The notes under the pieces are model-generated. The model saw only the letters and a list, made by a program, of their open reading frames with translations, searched no databases and was not told the DNA's origin. Below, in pieces: positions 59,816 through 64,000 of a stretch of DNA of 64,000 nucleotides. The position numbers and the translations under genes were made by a program. Positions within the stretch are counted from its first letter, which is position 1. Every line of letters starts with the position of its first letter. The stretch is from Octopus bimaculoides (taxonomy: Eukaryota): NCBI RefSeq assembly GCF_001194135.2, contig NC_068993.1, positions 16,855,548 through 16,919,547 of the forward strand, read 5' to 3'.

Positions 59816-60344
59816 CCAGAGCTGTGAGATTTTGTTGAGGCAACTGTTAATTTTTTAGAATGACATTGTAGGGTAAGTGTGAGAAACCAGATCTGACCAG
59901 TTTGAACATGAAAGAGGTAGAATATCTTGACCTGATACAGCCAGTTTAAATGCTATAGTGTTCAACTAAGCAATGGATTAAGTCTACCACTCATTTTCTG
60001 TGACATTTGAATAATAATCCTTTCACTGAAAGCAGAAGATGTTTAGTTCTGCCACATAAATGTTACTGTTTTTATTTAATTTTTTTTTTATCCTTTCATT
60101 CAAAGTAGAAAAGATAGCACTTACGATTCTTTACACAGCCTCAAGGATTGGAGGGAGAAAATTATTCTTTCATCAGAAACCTGACTTTAATGCTTGCAAT
60201 GGATTGAGCTTTGCGAAAGTTACGCAAGGACCACTGCTAAAGGTACCCAAGAACCAAGTGGTGGTGTTAAACCAGAGAATGGATTTAGTTTACTAATAGA
60301 TATAAATGGACCACGCACATGTGCATACACACACACACACACAC

Positions 60345-60610
60345 ACACTCTGGAGGTATCCATTGGTCTCACAAGACCAATTATATGAACCTGCAAAGTG
60401 TTGCTTTGACTTTGTGAGCAAAGCAGCATCTGCTATGACTATAAAGATCTACATTTGAGGGACAGTCCTGGCTGCAATGGCTGCATTTAAAGGCTGTTTT
60501 CTGCCAGTCTTGTCTTGATGCTTTTCTTTTTCCTCTATTGATTTTGCTTTTCTTCATCAGAAACCTTCAGCCTTTCCTCTGGTTTTTTTATCTCCTTTTC
60601 TAGTGGAGAT
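60345..60610 (-). pseudogene. 3' end of a second RTE lineage (BovB-like, C-terminal zinc finger)
   Basis: Minus-strand frame TAFKCSHCSQDCPSNVDLYSHSRCC (CxxC..GLYSH-type motif), followed by a GTCTTGTGAGACCAATGGATACC tail. Confidence 0.75.
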
Positions 60611-61002
60611 TTCATTTCTCCCCCCACCCTCCGCAAGTCTAACAACTACACAAAACAAACAAGGGTAAGCCCTTGCCCACAGACAAAAATTTCACCTGCA
60701 TTCAAATTTGAAACTTCTAATTGACAAAGTACTCCTAGTATCATATGAGTGGGTGTTACTGTCAGATCAAAATGTAAGTTGTTTTTGAAATTCCATAAAA
60801 CACACACAAATTTCTGTTAGTCATAATGCTTGTTTTTCGTTGTTGTTGTTGTTGTCTTTTTTTTTTTTTTTTTTTACATTAACACGCAAGTCAGAATAGC
60901 TATAAATTGATAATGTCATAGTTACACCTTTATTAGAGTCAATTAATATTTGGTATTTTCCCCCACCAAAAAAATAAAATAAATATTGATAATAATAATA
61001 AC

Positions 61003-61035
<33 letters not shown>

Positions 61036-61559
61036 GAAAAAGAAAACACCTCATGAGTCTTAACATTTGTCTAGGCTGGTTGTTGGTTGCATCATTACAA
61101 ATTAAGTGCAGTAATTTTGAATGCTGACAGCATTTGCAGTTAATTTTCCTATTTTTATTAAAAGTACTAAATCAATATTGTAAAGTGCATAAATAAACCA
61201 TTTTGCAATGGCTTGGAATAATAAAAAAGAAAATCAGTCTGTGCTCAGTGAATAATGGCTTGATAATTATTTTCACATAGGAACAGAAAGTGTGTGTGTG
61301 TGTGTGTGTGTGTGCGCATACATGCACGTGCTTGTACATATGTGTTATATTGGTACAATCTTGACCATGCATAAGAAGTACAAAAAGAAAGAAACTGAAA
61401 GGAACTTTGCATTGAGATCATTAGATATCTCGTTGATATAAGAAATAGCTGTCAAGTCTTCTGTTAAATGTTGCCTAACATACATTACTGGCCTCTATAT
61501 ATAATTCTAATAGGCTTATTGTATAAAGTTTTCAGGTGCACTACAACGCATCTGAAAAT

Positions 61560-62670
61560 AGTAAAAGACATGAAGTAAAGAAAGACAGCAATGGTAGCCA
61601 AAGCTGCATCCAGGGTACTGCAGATAAAACACAAGAAATCAGAAAAGCAAATAGTAAAAGAGCCATAAAGAAGAACGGTTGTATAAGCACATCAGGTGTA
61701 GTGTTGGTAAATTTCAGGAAACATAGAATTTTTGAAGTTTGAAAATGTTTCCAAAAGTCATGGGTGGTGCTCTATTTTTTGATTTTATAAGTGTGTCCAT
61801 TGATGGCACAGATATTGAATTCCAAAACGTGGCCTAAGCTGTTCTTTAAAAGCTGATGGATAATCTTATTGGCTTTTACCAAATCAGTCACTAGATGTTA
61901 GTACTTTAATGTGTTGATGCCCAGAGAAACAAGATGTTTAAGAAATGCTTAGTGTTTAGTGGAAGGTATTCATTTGGTTGCACTTCTCTGGACAGCGTTC
62001 AGCAAACTGATATTCTGGACAAGATGGGATTCCAGACTGGAGACGTAAACTGTAAGTGTGGACATACCATAGCAATATACAACTTCAAATAGATAACCAG
62101 AGAATGTCAGAGTCTGAATGCTGGTAAGACACCTTCAGACTTTTGATGATTTTAGAAATGTGGTTTGTTCAACACAGATTATTGTTGACATTAATACCTA
62201 GGTCATGTTCACTGACAAACTTCTCAAGGTTGCTGTTGTGAAAAGGTAAATTCTAGGTTTTCCTCTTCAAATGTATAGTGATGCACTTGTCTACAGTCAG
62301 CTTGAGCTGTCTGTCAGTAATACATTGCTGTATTATGCCTAGATTGCAGGAAAGATCTTTAGTGTATAGGATACATTCTTTTATCTTAAAGTACAGTTTA
62401 ATGTCATCTGTGTATTTTAATACTGTAACATGCTTTAGTTGCTAAGTTGGCATCTATGTCATTAATACATACAACAAAGAGCAGATGTTTAAGGACAGAT
62501 CTCAACAGGATACTAGAATGGGTGTTGATTGTTGTCCTAGTATTGTGACTACCACTTTTCAGCCAAGAATGAAAATCTTCAACCAGTTATAAACATTAGC
62601 CCTTGTGCTCATTGCAAAGGGCTTCTTCACCATAAGAATGTATGTTTTGTATAATGGGACAAGAAATGAG
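61560..62670 (-). pseudogene. CR1/L2-like LINE RT remnant and 3' end
   Basis: Minus-strand frames give LFVVCIND, KYTDDIKLY, EHDLGINV, HISKIIK, LYIAMVCPHLQFTSPVWNP, LLNAVQRSATK and GHTYKIKK. Confidence 0.88.
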
Positions 62671-62985
62671 ACAAGGTAAAAATATAGAGAAAAAGTAAAA
62701 ACAAATGACCATAAATACTGAAAGTTCCTTTGTCAGCTGTTGACTGGACATCAATGTGATTTTAACGTTTACTCAATATTGTTCCATCCAGTAGAATTAG
62801 TATCATTAGAGCTAGGAGAGATGCAGTCTTATGATATTCGGGCATGAAAATTACAAAGCAAAACAAAACAAAAATATAGTGAGCCTTTCTCCCAAGCAAA
62901 TGAAAAAAGGGCAGTACCAGACATGAATGTGGAGAGTTGGAAGTAAAGCTAAAAGGGAATTAGTGTTAATATATGTGTGTGCGTA

Positions 62986-63200
62986 AGGTGGTAAGCTGGC
63001 AGAATTATTAGCATGCCAGGCAAAATGCTTAGTGGCATTTCATTCATCTTGACGATCTAAGTTCCAATTCCACCAAGTTCGACTTTGCCTTTCATCCTTT
63101 CAGGGTCAATAAAATAGATACCAGTTAAACACTGAGGTCAATGTAATTGACTTACCTCCTCCCCCAAACTTGCTCATCTTCTGCAAAAATTTCAAAATAA
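62986..63200 (+). mobile_element. SINE family B
   Basis: GGTAAGCTGGCAGAA head and GACTTTGCCTTTCATCCTTTCAGGGTCAATAAA domain. Confidence 0.85.
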
Positions 63201-63729
63201 AATGTGTGTGTGTGTTGATGGTGTTTCTAAGTAATAACAGTCGATGATTCATTACCTCTCTCCCTCTCCCCCCTCTTGCTTATGCATACAAAGAGAGGAT
63301 CCATTCATAACCACTCACAGACTGCATTGTGTATAGGATCTGTTCTTTTTAACCACTCTTTGTTTGATTCACATAAAGTCATATAATTGGCTCTAATTAT
63401 ACTGTGTGACCTCTTAATGAGTGGCAATCTTTTTCTAACTCCTTAGGGATAAAGATAACTTTGTAGGAATTTGAATTTTTTTTTTTTTTGCTCAGTTTTT
63501 ACAATTGAATTCCCCTCCTATCACTGACCACTTTACAGCCTGGGTTTCATACATTTTTTTCCTTTCCATCAGCACTAGAGGTGGTTGTCTGCAAGAAGGA
63601 CTAGAGAATCCTCTTTACATGGCATTTGTGTGTATGCATGTGTGGTGGGGAGGTGATTTTCTGTTATCTTACATGGATAGGTTGCCTGTGAATGCAGCTT
63701 GCAGAGTTCATGTCTCTTCCATTCATTCC

Positions 63730-64000
63730 AGGTATGGCTGTGTAGTTAAGAAGCTTACTCTGCATGGCACCTTGAGCAAAGTGTCTTCCACTATAGCCCA
63801 GCGGTAACCAATGCCTTTTGAGTGAATTTGGTAGATAGAAATTATATGGAAGCCCATCATATATATATGTGTGTGTGTATGTGCATGCATGTATGTCTTT
63901 GTATCTGTGCTTGTGCCACCCACCCCACTCATCTACTGCTTGGAAACCAGTGTTGGTTTGTTTATATCCCCCTAACTTTCCAGTTTGGCAAAAGAGACAG
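63730..64000 (+). mobile_element. SINE family A (runs off the window end)
   Basis: GGCTGTGTAGTTAAGAAGC..GGCACCTTGAGCAAAGTGTCTTC..GGCAAAAGAGAC. Confidence 0.85.

Larger units (their letters stand above)
59329..59960. mobile_element. piggyBac-like TTAA MITE interrupted by a family B SINE and an RTE tail
   Basis: Left end TTAA|CCCTTTAGCATT at 59325-59340. Right part GCCAGTTTAAATGCTA at about 59940-59955 is homologous to 13890-14040. Confidence 0.7.

Noticed and set aside
60177-60242. 66-nt phase 0-0 candidate exon (KPDFNACNGLSFAKVTQGPLLK)
   Set aside because: The donor (GTACCC) is weak and no homology was recognised. Not enough support.
61536-61742. ORF after a good acceptor (VHYNASENSKRHEVKK...)
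   Set aside because: It lies antisense to the 3' end of the CR1-like LINE remnant, so an incidental frame is more likely than a host exon.

Overview
This is AT-rich, microsatellite-dense eukaryotic draft assembly sequence with nine N-gaps. The repeat families look like cephalopod (Octopus-type) repeats; that assignment is an inference from repeat content. I could not identify a host protein-coding gene with confidence, only a few weak candidate exons. Most listed ORFs are microsatellite, gap or SINE artefacts. The window is a transposon graveyard. It holds three decayed Ty3/Gypsy pieces (gag-protease-RT, near-complete gag-pol with a probable LTR, and integrase), several RTE-clade LINE fragments and their (GAT)n-tailed 3' ends, one CR1-like RT remnant, a Buster/Charlie-type hAT transposase pseudogene with two matching MITEs, piggyBac-like and Tc1/mariner MITEs, and many tRNA-derived SINEs whose heads and tails are modularly swapped. 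The most interesting signal is two unrelated small non-coding elements that each carry a Penelope-type minimal hammerhead ribozyme motif. One is enclosed by perfect 37-bp terminal inverted repeats (7976-8159). The other is fused to a tRNA-like SINE head (about 49455-49720). A pre-miRNA-like hairpin (41795-41862) and several unexplained duplicated blocks also deserve follow-up.
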